Assembly: GCA_964016885.1 (NCBI GenBank)
Contig: OZ024763.1
Location: forward strand, 17,794,001-17,858,000
Direction: 5' to 3'
Origin: Eledone cirrhosa
Lineage: Eukaryota
Length of the DNA: 64,000 nt
Below, piece by piece: positions 1 to 12,924 of this stretch. The notes under the pieces were generated by a model that searched no databases, had not been told where the DNA came from, and was given only the letters and a program-made list of their open reading frames with translations. The translations under genes were made by a program, and so were the position numbers. Every line of letters begins with the position of its first letter. The stretch's first letter is position 1.

Positions 1-161
1 CATATATAAATATCATAATACACACATACATATATATATACACACACAAACTTATATATATATATACACTTATGCAGATATATATTTATATATATTCATA
101 TACACACACATGCATATATACACATATATATAAATATCATAATACACACATACATACATCT

Positions 162-194
<33 letters not shown>

Positions 195-310
195 CACACA
201 TGCATATATACACTTATATATGTGTATACGCACACACACATTATATATATATGCACATACATACACACACATTATATATATATATGCACATACATACACA
301 CACATTCCAC
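1..310. repeat. Compound (TA)n/(CA)n microsatellite
   Basis: Direct low-complexity dinucleotide repeats. Confidence 0.9.
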
Positions 311-795
311 CACAGTGTAGCTTCTACTGTATTACTAACTAGTTATTTAAATGTATATATAAACCCATGTCACCTGAAGACACTCTACTGACTTAGATGA
401 AATCTTTTCTTCATCTTCCTAAATACAACCCAGGGAAAAGGCATTCTTTTATTTGTCTTTCTTTCTTGAATGGGTGGGAAAAAAAATTAATCACATTTAC
501 TGGAATGAAATTTATTTTTTTCTCCTAAAATGTCCTTAATTTTTTATTTTATAATTTTTATTTTTTCATTTACTCTCCAAAAAATAATAAGAAAAAACCC
601 CAACAAACTGTATTTCTGATGATCTAGTCAAGATGTTGTTGGTGCCTTGAAAGCCTGAAAACTGCAGCAGTTTATAAACTGCTGCCTTAGTTATCTATAG
701 CAGAACCTTGGTTCACGAATGACACTTACCTTATCACAAACAATTTGGTTCATGAACAAATCGGATTTACATCGGGATTATACATATTATATATA

Positions 796-1126
796 GAGCA
801 CATGGCTTAGTGGTTAGAGCATTGGCCTTGCAATCGAAAGGTTGTGAGTTCAATTCTCAGACCAGGTGATGTGTTGTTTCCTTGAGCAAGACACTTTATT
901 TCACATTGCTCTAGTTTACTCAGCTGTAGAAATGAGATGATAGGGACTGAGGTTCCTATCATTCCACTGCAAAGTGGTCGTGGAGGTGCCACGGCAAAAA
1001 AAGCACCCAGCACTCACTGTAAATGAGGTTGGTGTTAGGAAGGGCATCCAGCTGTAGAAATCAAGCCAGAATCAGTTCCCGTCCCACCCTTGCAAGCAGG
1101 GAAAAGCTTGAAAATGATGATGATGA
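796..1126 (+). mobile_element. tRNA-derived SINE, family S1 (CORE-like centre, RTE-derived 3' end)
   Basis: A box TGGCTTAGTGG, B box GAGTTCAATTC, CCTTGAGCAAGACACTT CORE-like motif, 3' end GTCCCACCCTTGCAAGCAGGGAAAAG+(ATG)n shared with RTE family B; five copies in the window. Confidence 0.9.
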
Positions 1127-1127
1127 T

Positions 1128-1546
1128 ATTTGTTTTGCAAGGTTTTTGATATGAAATCGTGTGTCGAAACAAATATTGTTATACTTGGGGAGGCTCATAT
1201 TGTTGTAATAATTGTTTCTACTTTAGGCACAAGGCCAGCAATTACCCAGTGCATTACTGGTACTTTATTTTATCGACCCCATAAGGATGAAAGGCAAAGT
1301 CAACCTCGGCGGGATTTGAACTCAGATCGTAAAGGGACGTAACTATGCTGGAAAGCATGGCGTCCGACCCTCTACCGATACTGCCAATCCACCGCCCCTC
1401 ATATTGTTGTAATAATATTGCCAGAAATAATAACAGAACACACTCACTGTTTGGTTGGTTTTCGCTTCTGTATCTTTTATATCTCCATAGTTAATTTATT
1501 TGGCAATCAATGTTTATCATTGACTGACCAACGGTTAAAAATACAG

Positions 1547-1595
<49 letters not shown>

Positions 1596-1680
1596 ATCAA
1601 AGTTCTTTCATTGCACATCTGCAACAGCATCAGTGGTACTATTATGTTTCCTCCTGTTGTATTGTGCAACAAAAGAACTT
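1128..1680 (-). mobile_element. Short non-coding element family A (Penelope-like, hammerhead-bearing), interrupted by SINE S2 and (TA)n
   Basis: Aligns with 3977-4270 and with the reverse complement of 10610-10849; degenerate hammerhead (CUGAUGC-U-GUUGCA..UGCAAU-GAAA) on minus at ~1596-1633. Confidence 0.65.
1213..1397 (-). mobile_element. tRNA-derived SINE, family S2, with 19-bp TSD
   Basis: Minus head GGCGGTGGATTGGCAGTATCGG...GAGTTCAAATCC; TSD CTCATATTGTTGTAATAAT at 1194-1212 and 1398-1416. Confidence 0.9.
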
Positions 1681-1729
1681 GTAATAATAATAATTACAAA
1701 GACCAAAATCCAAAGTGGGCTTGATAAGG

Positions 1730-1799
<70 letters not shown>

Positions 1800-1821
1800 T
1801 ATATATAAACCCGTAGATCAA

Positions 1822-1944
1822 ATATTTATTATTAGTACAGATAAAATATTAAGCAAAGAATTTCTGCTTTCACCCTTTTATGGGATCTTCTGGGTGAAAG
1901 CAGAAATTTTTGCTTAAACTTTAATCTGTATTAATAATAAATAT
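1822..1944. repeat. Imperfect inverted repeat in a short dispersed element (single-arm relative at ~28705-28866)
   Basis: ATATTTATTATTAGTACAGAT...TTTCTGCTTTCACCC pairs with GGGTGAAAGCAGAAA...ATCTGTATTAATAATAAATAT. Confidence 0.7.
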
Positions 1945-1952
1945 ATGTATAT

Positions 1953-2411
1953 TTACATCTCTCTAAGACAATGTCTCTGGACCGAGATCTTTGGTGCTAT
2001 GCAGTAATACAGAAGACCCGCCTTGCCTATGTACAAAGCGAAACCTACAGTCAGTAGGCACCTCTTAACCAAATATACACCCCCAATCCACTACCCCTAT
2101 CCTATCCTCCCACTCCCACCAACAGAACGAGAAAATGAGATCGAGATCGTGTAGGTGTCACGACAAAAAAAAACACACAGTCCACGCTGTAATGTGGCCG
2201 TGTAGGTAACACGGTAAAAACCTCCCAGCCCCACACTGTAAATGTGGTTGGTGTTAGGAAGGGCATCCAGCCGTAGAAAACCTGCCAGATAGTCCTATAT
2301 GAGCGAGACACGGTCACCCGACCAACCTTGCCTCAAGTGGGGCAACTCCCGTCTAACCCATGCTAGCATGGAAAATGGACGTTAAACGAAGAGGATGATG
2401 AGATGATGATG
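1953..2411 (+). mobile_element. RTE LINE 3' end (ORF tail plus 3'UTR, family C-related)
   Basis: Encodes LHLSKTMSLDRDLW..; GTTAGGAAGGGCATCCAGCCGTAGAAAA motif; (GAT)n-like tail. Confidence 0.8.
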
Positions 2412-2821
2412 TGTAGTGGAAACTTGGTTCACGGATGCTACTCATGACAAAATAAATTTGTTCACAAAGAATTTTTTCAAACATAAAACATCTCAAGTGA
2501 TGAACAGTTTCTTGAGTAATGAACACGCAACCTGGCAACAATGGTCGGTGACAAGCTGTGTAGTTAGTTACTGTGGTGATATCTATCTGTCTTTTACACA
2601 CAGTCTCTCTCTCTCATTGTATTTCTCTCTCACTCTCTCTCAATCTCTCTCTCTCTCTCCATCCTCTCTCTCTCCATCCTCTCTCTCTCCATCCTCTCTC
2701 TCTCCATCCTCTCTCTCTCCCTCTCCATCCTCTCTCTCTCCATCCTCTCTCTCTCCATCCTCTCTCTCTCTGTATTTCCCTCTCAACATTTCGAATGAGA
2801 AAAATATTTTTCGGTGACTAA

Positions 2822-3030
2822 TATTTTGAACACAACATACATCAACTTCCTTACATTCAAGCATCTCTACCACCTCAGTTGAGCGACCTTTTAAAGTGCC
2901 TACATTTATGGAACCAACTCTGAAGTTTTGGATTTCGTTGGGTGGGTGGAAGGGATGTGTTTGAGGGGGATGGGGGTTATGTTAGCCATCCGTGTCTGAA
3001 ATAAAGAGGAGTCATTGCATTCTCGTCCGG
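2822..3030 (-). mobile_element. RTE LINE 5' ORF fragment (APE N-terminus)
   Basis: Translates RVGSINVGTLKGRSTEVVEMLECKEVDVCCVQ, homologous to the start of the 34218-37337 ORF. Confidence 0.7.
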
Positions 3031-3092
3031 CAACAGGAGGTGAATTTATCTTTGACATTGACATTGAGTGTTCACATTCTTAATATATATAT

Positions 3093-3890
3093 ATCATCAT
3101 CATCATCATCATCAACGTTTAACGTCCGTGTTCCACGCTTGCATGGGTTTGGACGGGGGTATTCCCACTTGAGGCAAGAGTCTTGCTCGCATAGGACTGT
3201 CTGGCAGTTTTCTACAGTTGGATGCCCTTCCTAACACCAACCACATTTACAGTGTGGGTCTGGGAGGTTTTTACCGTGTTGCCTACACGGCCACATTACA
3301 GCGTGGACTGTGTGTTTTTTTGTCATGACACCTACACGATCTCATTTGTTTTGGCCTGGATGGTGTGGCACCAACATAACTTTACATAGGAGGGGGTAGT
3401 GTGGATGGGGTGGGGTTGGGGGGGGGGGTGTATTTTGTTAGAGATGCCTACTGGCTGTAGTAGGTTTTACTATGTATTTAGGTAAGGCGGGTATTCTCTA
3501 TTACTGAGTACCGCCAAAGGTCTCGGTCCAGTGACATTGTCTTGGAGAGGTGTAAGTGTGTGAGGTCGGAGTTTATCAGCTCGTCCCAGGTTTTTCTAGG
3601 TCTGCCTATTCCGTGGCTACCGTCTATCTTTATTGCCCTGCACTTTGTTATACAGCTATCGACTTTCATGCGCATCACGTGTCCATACCAACGTAGCCTT
3701 CTCTCTCCTTAGTTCGTTTATGCTTTGCCATTCACGTATATTACTATTACACATCCAGCGGAGCATGCAAGCTTCGTTCCTCTGCACACAATGCCCAGGT
3801 CTCACTGCCATGCAACATTGCTGTTCGTATGCAGGCATCATACAACCTGCCTTTCATTTTTAGGGAGAACCCTTTAGCGGCTAATAGTGG
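3093..3890 (-). mobile_element. 5'-truncated, internally deleted RTE LINE (family C)
   Basis: Near-identical to 6986-7825; GRPRKTWDE C-terminus; (CAT)n tail on plus. Confidence 0.9.
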
Positions 3891-3976
3891 CTATATATTT
3901 ATATATATATAGTTATATATATATATATTTATATATATATATATTTATATATATATATATTTATATTTATATATAT

Positions 3977-4358
3977 TTAGTTTTGCAAGGTTTTTTATAT
4001 GAATTCGTGTGTCGAAACAAATATTGTTATACTTGGGAGGGCCACACCTGTGTAACATTGCCAGAATCAACAACGGAACACACTCACTGTTTGGTTGGTT
4101 TTCGCTTCTAGCTTCTGTGTCTTTTAAATCGGCAATCCAACTTACTTGGTCCCCAATGTTGCCATTGACCGACCGACGGTCAAAAATAATACAGATACAA
4201 CATAGACACAAATACATATATATAGTTTATCATAAATCTTTCGTTGCACATCTGCAACATCGTCAGTGATGTTATATTTTCAACCAAACAGTGAGTGTGT
4301 TCCGCCATCAACTCTGGCAACACCACACAAACATGACCCTCCCCAAGTATAACAATAT
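3977..4358. mobile_element. Family A element with partial inverted copy (fold-back)
   Basis: 4077-4097 is the reverse complement of 4281-4301, and ~4020-4045 of ~4332-4357; flanked by (TA)n. Confidence 0.7.
4229..4270 (-). ncRNA. Minimal type I hammerhead ribozyme motif
   Basis: AUCA-CUGACGA-U-GUUGCA(GAUG)UGCAAC-GAAA-GAUUU-A-UGAU: core, 6-bp stem II, 4-bp stem I. Confidence 0.7.
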
Positions 4359-4471
4359 ATATATTTCTATATATATATATATTTATATATATATTTATAT
4401 ATATTTATATATATTTATAAATATTTATATATATTTATATATATTTATATATACACATATATATATTTATT

Positions 4472-4503
<32 letters not shown>

Positions 4504-4661
4504 TATATATATATATTTATATATATATATATTTATATATATGTATATATATATATTTATATATATATATATTTATATATATGTATATATATATATTTAT
4601 ATATATTTATATATATATATATATTTATATATATGTATATATATATATTTATATATATATT

Positions 4662-4692
<31 letters not shown>

Positions 4693-4749
4693 ATTTATAT
4701 ATATTTATATATATTTATATATATATTTATATATATTTATATATATATT

Positions 4750-4786
<37 letters not shown>

Positions 4787-4869
4787 ATTTATATATATTT
4801 ATATATATTTATATATATATTTATATATATATTTATATATATTTATATATATATATTTATATATATATT

Positions 4870-4903
<34 letters not shown>

Positions 4904-4985
4904 TATATATATTTATATATATTTATATATATATATTTATATATATATTTATATATATATATATATTTATATATATATTTATATA

Positions 4986-5046
<61 letters not shown>
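4359..5046. repeat. (TA)n/(TTTA) microsatellite
   Basis: Direct observation. Confidence 0.95.
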
Positions 5047-5047
<1 letters not shown>

Positions 5048-6028
5048 TATAGAATCAGTAGAGGAGCTAGAGAATAAATTCCGGCTATGGAAACAGCAGT
5101 TGGAAGCAAGAGGACTGAGAGTAAATCTAGCTAAGACAAAAGTGTTGATGAGTAGAAAAGAGGACAAAACCCTGATTCCGTCAGGGAAATGGCCATGTTC
5201 GATATGCAGAAAAGGAACTGGCATAAATTCTATAAAATGCACACAATGTAGGTCCTGGGTACACAAGAGATGTAGCGGGATAGCAGGCAAACTAACAGGT
5301 AGGGAGAAATATGTATGCAGTAGATGTACAGGGAAATTAGACAGTAGAAGTCGCACTGATAGACACATTTTTCAAATGCGAGAGGGCGCTATAGAAGTGG
5401 TGGATAGCTTCCGGTACCTAGGAGATCAGATTAGCATGGGAGGAGGGTGTTCCGAGGCCATAGTATCTAGAATAAGGACGGGTTGGAAGAAGTTTAGGGA
5501 GCTGCTTCCTCTGTTGACGAAGAAGGGTTTCTCCCTGCGTACGAAAGGCCGGTTGTATGATGCCTGTGTGAGGAGCGCGATGCTGCATGGTAGTGAGACA
5601 TGGGCAGCTACCGCAGAAGATATGCGACGGCTGGAGAGAAATGAGGCAAGCATGCTCCGTTGGATGTGCAGTGTAAATGTGCGTGAACGACCCAGCATAA
5701 ATGTGTTGAGAGAGAAACTGTGTCTGAGAGGGATAGAATGTAGTGTACGGGAGAGGAGACTGAGGTGGTATGGACATGTGATGCGCATGGAGGATGACCG
5801 ATGGGTGAAGAAGTGCCAGGAAATGCCAGTTGAAGGAAGACGTGGTAGAGGTAGACCACGAAAAACATGGGCGGAGGTGGTGAGAACAGACCTCAGATCA
5901 TTGAAGCTCACGGTGGAGATGACGAGGGACCGTGACGAGTGGAGAGATGCTGTGCTGAATAAGACCCGTCCCACCCTTGCAAGCAGGGAAAAGCGGACGT
6001 AAAATGATGATGATGATGATGATGATGA
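5047..6028 (+). mobile_element. 5'-truncated RTE LINE (family B)
   Basis: Open RT C-terminal half (..[38 protein letters not shown]) followed directly by (ATG)n; (TA)n on both sides. Confidence 0.95.
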
Positions 6029-6058
6029 TATATATTTATATATATATTTATATATATT

Positions 6059-6137
<79 letters not shown>

Positions 6138-6147
6138 ATATATTTAT

Positions 6148-6303
6148 AGCGAAGGAAAAGTTGTAAGGAACCAGGTGGACCATAACGCACCAAAGTACTC
6201 AATACTTAGGGTAGTAGAGTGGGTAATGAACTGATTTTTCATTCAGTACAGAATTAGCCGTCGAAACGGCTTGAGCTCAGCCGTCGGGGTCTTACTTACT
6301 CCT
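6148..6303. repeat. Short dispersed non-coding element in (TA)n (inverted relative at 12281-12375)
   Basis: GTACTCAATACTTAGGGTAGTAGAGTGGGTAAT is reverse-complemented at ~12300-12330; GTACTCAATAC also occurs at 38230. Confidence 0.6.
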
Positions 6304-6344
6304 ATATATATTTATATATATATATATATTTATAGATATATATT

Positions 6345-6375
<31 letters not shown>

Positions 6376-6376
6376 T

Positions 6377-6411
<35 letters not shown>

Positions 6412-6480
6412 ATTTATATACATATATATATATTTATATATTTATATATACATATTTATTTATTTATATATATATATTTA

Positions 6481-6539
<59 letters not shown>

Positions 6540-6582
6540 TTATTTATATATATATATTTATATATATATTTATATATATATT

Positions 6583-6617
<35 letters not shown>

Positions 6618-6618
6618 T

Positions 6619-6649
<31 letters not shown>

Positions 6650-6698
6650 ATATTTATATATATATTTATATTTATATATATTTATATATATATTTATA

Positions 6699-6745
<47 letters not shown>

Positions 6746-6760
6746 ATTTATATATATATT

Positions 6761-6791
<31 letters not shown>

Positions 6792-6794
6792 ATT

Positions 6795-6825
<31 letters not shown>

Positions 6826-6828
6826 ATT

Positions 6829-6859
<31 letters not shown>

Positions 6860-6862
6860 ATT

Positions 6863-6893
<31 letters not shown>

Positions 6894-6905
6894 ATATATA
6901 TATTC

Positions 6906-6943
<38 letters not shown>

Positions 6944-6985
6944 TCATATATATATTCATATATATATGTATATATTCATATATGC

Positions 6986-8100
6986 ATATCATCATCAACG
7001 TTTAACGTCCGTGTTCCACGCTTGCATGGGTTTGGACGGGGGTATTCCCATTTAAGGCAAGAGTGATTGTCTTGCTCGCATAGGACTGTCTGGCAGGTTT
7101 TCTACAGTTGGATGCCCTTCCTAACACCAACCACATTTACAGTGTGGGACTGGGAGGTTTTTACCGTGTTGCCTACACGGCCACATTACAGCGTGGACTG
7201 TGTGTTTTTTTGTCGTGACACCTACACGATCTCATTTGTTTCGGCCTGGATGTTGTGGCACCAACATAACTTTACATAGGAGGGGGTGGTGTGGATGGGG
7301 GTGGTGGGACGGGGTTGTTAGAGATGCCTACTGGCTGTAGTAGGTTTTACTATGTATTTAGGTAAGGCGGGTCTTCTCTATTACTGAGTACCGCCAAAGG
7401 TCTCGGTCCAGTGACATTGTCTTGGAGAGGTGTAAGTGTGTGAGGTCGGAGTTTATCAGCTCGTCCCAGGATTTTCTAGGTCTGCCTATTCCGTGGCTAC
7501 CGTCTATCTTTATTGCCATGCACTTTGTTATACAGCTATCGACTTTAATGCGCATCACGTGTCCGTACCAACGTAGCCTTCTCTCGAGTAAACAACATCT
7601 GATCCCTCTTATTTCTAATTTTTTCCTTAGTTCGTTTATGCTTTGCCGTTCACGTATATTACTATTACACATCCAGCGGAGCATGCAAGCTTCGTTCCTC
7701 TCTAGTCTGCGTATATCCTCTGCGCACAATGCCCAGGTCTCACTGCCATGCAACATTGCTGTTCGTATGCAGGCATCATACAACCTGCCTTTCATTTTTA
7801 GGGAGAACCCTTTAGCGGCTAATAGTGGTATAAGCTCTCTGAACTTTTTCCATCCAGTTCTGACTCTAGCTACTGTACTTTCGGAGCACCCTCCCCCACT
7901 GCTGATTTTGTCACCCAGGTAACGGAAGCTGTCCACTATTTCTATAGAGCCCTCTGCGCAATTGAAAGAGCTAGTATTTTGTGGGCACTTGCTGCTACTT
8001 ATTGCACCAGAACACCGGCCACATGTAAAATCTAAGTTCTTAGTTAGCTTACCTGTGATCCCACTACATCTTTTATGCACCCATACTTTGCATTTGGGAC
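6986..8100 (-). mobile_element. 5'-truncated RTE LINE (family C)
   Basis: ORF 7358-8080 is the RT C-terminus; ~370-nt 3'UTR; (CAT)n tail. Confidence 0.95.
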
Positions 8101-8107
8101 ATATATG

Positions 8108-8138
<31 letters not shown>

Positions 8139-10154
8139 TCATATATGTATATATATTTAATATATATATTTAATATATATATTTAATATATATATTTAAT
8201 ATATATATATATTTAATATATATGTATATATATTCATATATATTTATATTTATATATATATATGTGTATATATTCATATATGTATATATGTATATATATT
8301 TAATATATATATATGTATATATATTCATATATGTATATATATTCATATATGTATATATATTTAATATATATATATTTAATATATATATATGTATATATAT
8401 TCATATATGTATATATATTCATATATATATATATATATATTCATATATGTATATATGTATATATATTTAATATATATATATGTATATATATTCATATATG
8501 TATATATATTCATATATGTATATATATTTAATATATATATATTTAATATATATATATGTATATATATTCATATATGTATATATATGAATATATATATATA
8601 TATATATTCATATATGTATATATGTATATATATTTAATATATATATATATATGTGTGTGTGTGTATAGATGTGTCTAAGAACGATACTGTGTATAATTCC
8701 AGATTTAGCGAATGTTTCTGAAAATCTAAGAATAATTTGTCTAATTTTCTATGACAAGTCTATCATTAGCAATAGGAACTGTCTCTCATTGGTGAAACCC
8801 CAAAAGATAGAAGACCTTCTCTCTCTATATATATATCTATCTCCCTCTATCTATCTCTCTATATATATCCATCTCCCTCTATCTATCTTTCTATCTATCT
8901 ATCTATCTCTCTCTCTCTATCTATCTATATCACTCTCTCTATCTATCTACCTCTCTCTCTATCTATCTCCCTCTCTCTCTATCTATCTCCCTCTCTATCT
9001 ATCTATCTCCCTCTCTCTCTCTCTCTCTCTTTCTATCTCTCTCTCTCTCTATCTATCTATCTCTATCTTTCTCTCTATATCTCTCTACCTCTCTCTCTAC
9101 CTCTATCTCTACCTCTCTCTCTACCTCTATCTCTACCTCTTTTTCTCTCTATCTCCCCTCTCTCTCTATACATATATATTTATATATATTTTTTTTTCTC
9201 TCTATATCTCTCTACCTCTCTCTCTCTATCTCCCTTCTCTCTATATATATCTCTATCTCTCTCTTTCTCTCTATATCTCTATTTATCTATCTACCTCTTT
9301 TTCTCTATATCTCCTCTCTCTCTACCTACCTCTTTTTCCTTCTCTCTCTCTATCTCCTCTCTCTCTCCCTACCTCTTTCTCTCTCTATCTCCCCTCTCTC
9401 TCTCTATCTCCTCTCTCTCCTCCTACCTCTTTTTCTCTCTATCTCCCCCTCTCTCTCTCTATCCTCTCTCTCTCTCCCTACCTCTTTCTACCCCCCCCCC
9501 CCCGACCCTCTCTCCATTTCTGCGTCTTTTTATTTCCTTCATTATTTTACCTGTCATTTCTATTATTTTCTAATTAGTGTTGGTGGTGGCAGGTTGGTGA
9601 AGGGGATGATGGTGGTGATGATGGTGGGGGGGGGGGGATGATGATGATGATGGTATAGTGGTGGGGGCCGGGGTAGTGCTGTTGGTAATGATGGTGGTGG
9701 TGGTGGGCTAATGATGGGGATGATGTTAATGGTGTGTTGTTTTTTTTTTGGGGGGGGGGGGGGGGGGTAGTGATGGTGTTGTTGATGGTGATGGTAGTGT
9801 TGTTGTTGTAGTTGTTGGCGGTGATGAGGGTGGTGGGAGTGTTGTGGTAGTGGTGTTTGTTTGTTTTGTTGTTTATTTCCATTCTGTCTTTCAACAAAAA
9901 CCTTCCTGTATCCCCCATCTGCCCTCCCCATCCACCTTTCCTCTCTCCCCCCTCCACCACATCTCCACCCACCTGCCTACCCAGATAAATAGACTGCATT
10001 TATGTCAATCATCACCACCATCATCGTCACCATCATCATTATCATCACCACCATCATCATCATCATCGTCATCACCATCATCACCATCATCATCACCATC
10101 ATCATCATCATCGTTATCATCACCATCATCATCATCGTCAACACCATCATCACC

Positions 10155-10186
<32 letters not shown>

Positions 10187-10335
10187 CATCATTATCACCA
10201 TCATCATCATCGTTATCATCACCATCATCATCATCATCATTATCATCATCGTTGTCATCATCATCATCAAGGTCATCATTACTGTCCCCTTATCGTCAAT
10301 GGCGTCTTCATCATCACATCATCATCATCATCGTC
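8101..10335. repeat. Succession of simple repeats: (TA)n, (CT)n/(CTAT)n, (GGT)n, (CAT)n
   Basis: Direct observation, with short unique spacers. Confidence 0.85.
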
Positions 10336-10503
10336 GTAATTTAAAGTCTATTTAGTCCCCCTGCTAGCAAGAGTTGGACATGACATGACATCACAGACTG
10401 TCTCTATGTTATCATGGCACCAACACTAGGGAGGATGTCATGTCCTCGGCATAGCCAAACGGTCTTCCCGGCCCTTAGTTTGGCAGGTTTTCTACAGCTA
10501 TAT

Positions 10504-10849
10504 ATGGTTGTTTATATATTGTCAAAGATCTTTCATCACACGTTCTGTGACCTCCTCAGTGGCCGGGTTTTTATTGTCTCTCTTTTGTTCTGTCCTACAA
10601 AATAAAAACCCAGTCACTGAGGAGGTCACAGAATGTGTGACGAAAGAGTTTTCACAATATATAAACAACCATCCGGTTATCGAACCAACCAACCAACCAG
10701 AAATTTCTAATAAATTGAAGTGAAAACCAACATGTGTGTGTGTGTGTTTTTATTGGCAACATGACCCTCCCAAAGTATAACAATATCTGTTTCAACACAC
10801 GTTTTCAGATAAGATATCTTGCAAAACAAATGCAAAAACGAAGTATATT
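10504..10849 (+). mobile_element. Family A element with head-to-head inverted 5' arm
   Basis: 10504-10575 pairs with 10600-10672; 3' part is the reverse complement of 3977-4100 and 1128-1200. Confidence 0.75.
10613..10656 (+). ncRNA. Hammerhead ribozyme motif (mirror copy on minus at ~10521-10563)
   Basis: GUCA-CUGAGGA-G-GUCACA(GAAUG)UGUGAC-GAAA; the mirror arm keeps palindromic stem III AGAUCU followed by U-UGAC. Confidence 0.65.
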
Positions 10850-12117
10850 CATCATCATCATCATCATTTTACGTCCGCTCTTCCCTGCTTGCAAGGGTGG
10901 GACGGGTCTTATTCAGCACAGCATCTCTCCACTCGTCACAGTCCCTCGTCATCTCCACCATGAGCTTCAATGATCTGAGGTCTGTTCTCACCACCTCCGC
11001 CCATGTTTTTCGTGGTCTACCTCTACCACGTCTTCCTTCAACTGGCAATTCCTGGCACTTCTTCACCCATCGGTCATCCTCCATGCGCATCACACGTCCA
11101 TACCACCGCAGTCTCCTCTCCCGTACACTACATTCTATCCCTCTCAGACACAGTTTCTCTCTCAACACATTTATGCTGGGTCGTTCACGCACATTTACAC
11201 TGCACATCCAACGGAGCATGCTTGCCTCATTTCTCTCCAGCCGTCGCATATCCTCTGCAGTTGCTGCCCATGTCTCACTACCATGCAGCATCGCGCTCCT
11301 CACACAGGCATCATACAACCGGCCTTTCGTACGCAGGGAGAAACCCTTCTTCGTCAACAGAGGAAGCAGCTCCCTAAACTTCTTCCAACCCGTCCTTATT
11401 CTAGATACTATGGCCTCGGAACACCCTCCTCCCATGCTAATCTGATCTCCTAGGTACCGGAAGCTATCCACCACTTCTATAGCGCCCTCCTGCATTTGAA
11501 AAATGTGTCTATCAGTTCGACTTCTACTGTCTAATTTCCTTGTACATCTACTGCATACATATTTCTCCCTACCTGTTAGTTTGCCTGCTATCCCGCTACA
11601 TCTCTTGTGTACCCAGGATCTGCATTGTGTGCATTTTATAGAATTTATGCCAGTTCCTTTTCTGCATATCGAACATGGCCATTTCCCTGACAGAATCAGG
11701 GTTTTGTCCTCTTTTCTACTCATCAACACTTTTGTCTTAGCTAGATTCACTCTCAGTCCTCTTGCTTCCAACTGCTGTTTCCATAGCCGGAATTTATTTT
11801 CTCGCTCCTCTATTGATTCTGCTATAAGAACCAGATCGTCAGCATAGAGAAGTTCCCATGGACAGCCAGTCTTAAACTCCTCTGTTATGGCTTGGAGGAC
11901 TATAATGAACAAGAGTGGGCTGAGGACTGAACCCTGATGTTCACCTACTTGTATCTGGAATTCCTCACTAAACTCCATTCCTACCCTGACTTTACTGCGA
12001 GTACCTCTGTACAAAGTTTGCACTGTCCTTACAAGCCATTCCTCAACACCCAGCTTCCTTAGGGACCACCAGATGACAGATCGGGGTACCCTATCAAAGG
12101 CCTTCTCTAGGTCAACA
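10850..12117 (-). mobile_element. 5'-truncated RTE LINE (family B)
   Basis: [36 protein letters not shown]; (CAT)n tail. Confidence 0.95.
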
Positions 12118-12578
12118 TATTATATATATATACATATATAATATACTTCGTTTTTGAATTTGTTTTGCAAGATTACTTATATATATATATATTTAGCGGA
12201 CGTAAAATGATGATGATGTGTGTGTGTGTATATATATATATGTGTATATATGTATAAATATATGTATATATATATATATAGGAAAAATTACCCACTCTAC
12301 TACCCACTCTACTACCCTAAGTATTGAGTACTCTAGTGGGTTATAGTTCATAAGGTTCCTTACCACATTTCCTTTGTTATATATATATATTTATATATAT
12401 ATATATGTGTATATATATATACATTTATACATGTATACATATTATATATATATATATATATACACACACATATATGTATATTTATACATATATGTATACA
12501 TATATGTATATACACATATATGTATATATATATGTATATATATACATACATGTATATATGTATATATATACATATATG

Positions 12579-12628
<50 letters not shown>

Positions 12629-12924
12629 TACATATATGTATATATATATATGTATATATATATACATATATGTATATTACATATATGTATATATATATAT
12701 ATATGTATATATATACACATTTGTATATATATGTATATATATATATATGTATATATATACACATTTGTATATATATGTATATATATATACACATATGTAT
12801 ATATATGTATATATACATATATGTATATATATATATGTGTATATATATATATATATGTATATATATATACACATGTATAAATATGTATATATATACATAT
12901 ATGTATATATATATGTATATATAT

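Noticed and set aside
374-410. Hammerhead-like CTGAAGA...GAAA (also 616-660, 15238-15250 and 61731-61744)
   Set aside because: Stem II or stem I cannot be formed convincingly, or half of the core is missing; may be chance or decayed.
696-762. Tigger/pogo-like terminal sequence (similar at ~2413-2470)
   Set aside because: No matching opposite TIR identified; too short to call.
5426-6202. Antisense ORFs over RTE copies (also 10819-11445, 34834-35463, 60819-61367)
   Set aside because: Shadow frames of the LINE coding strand.
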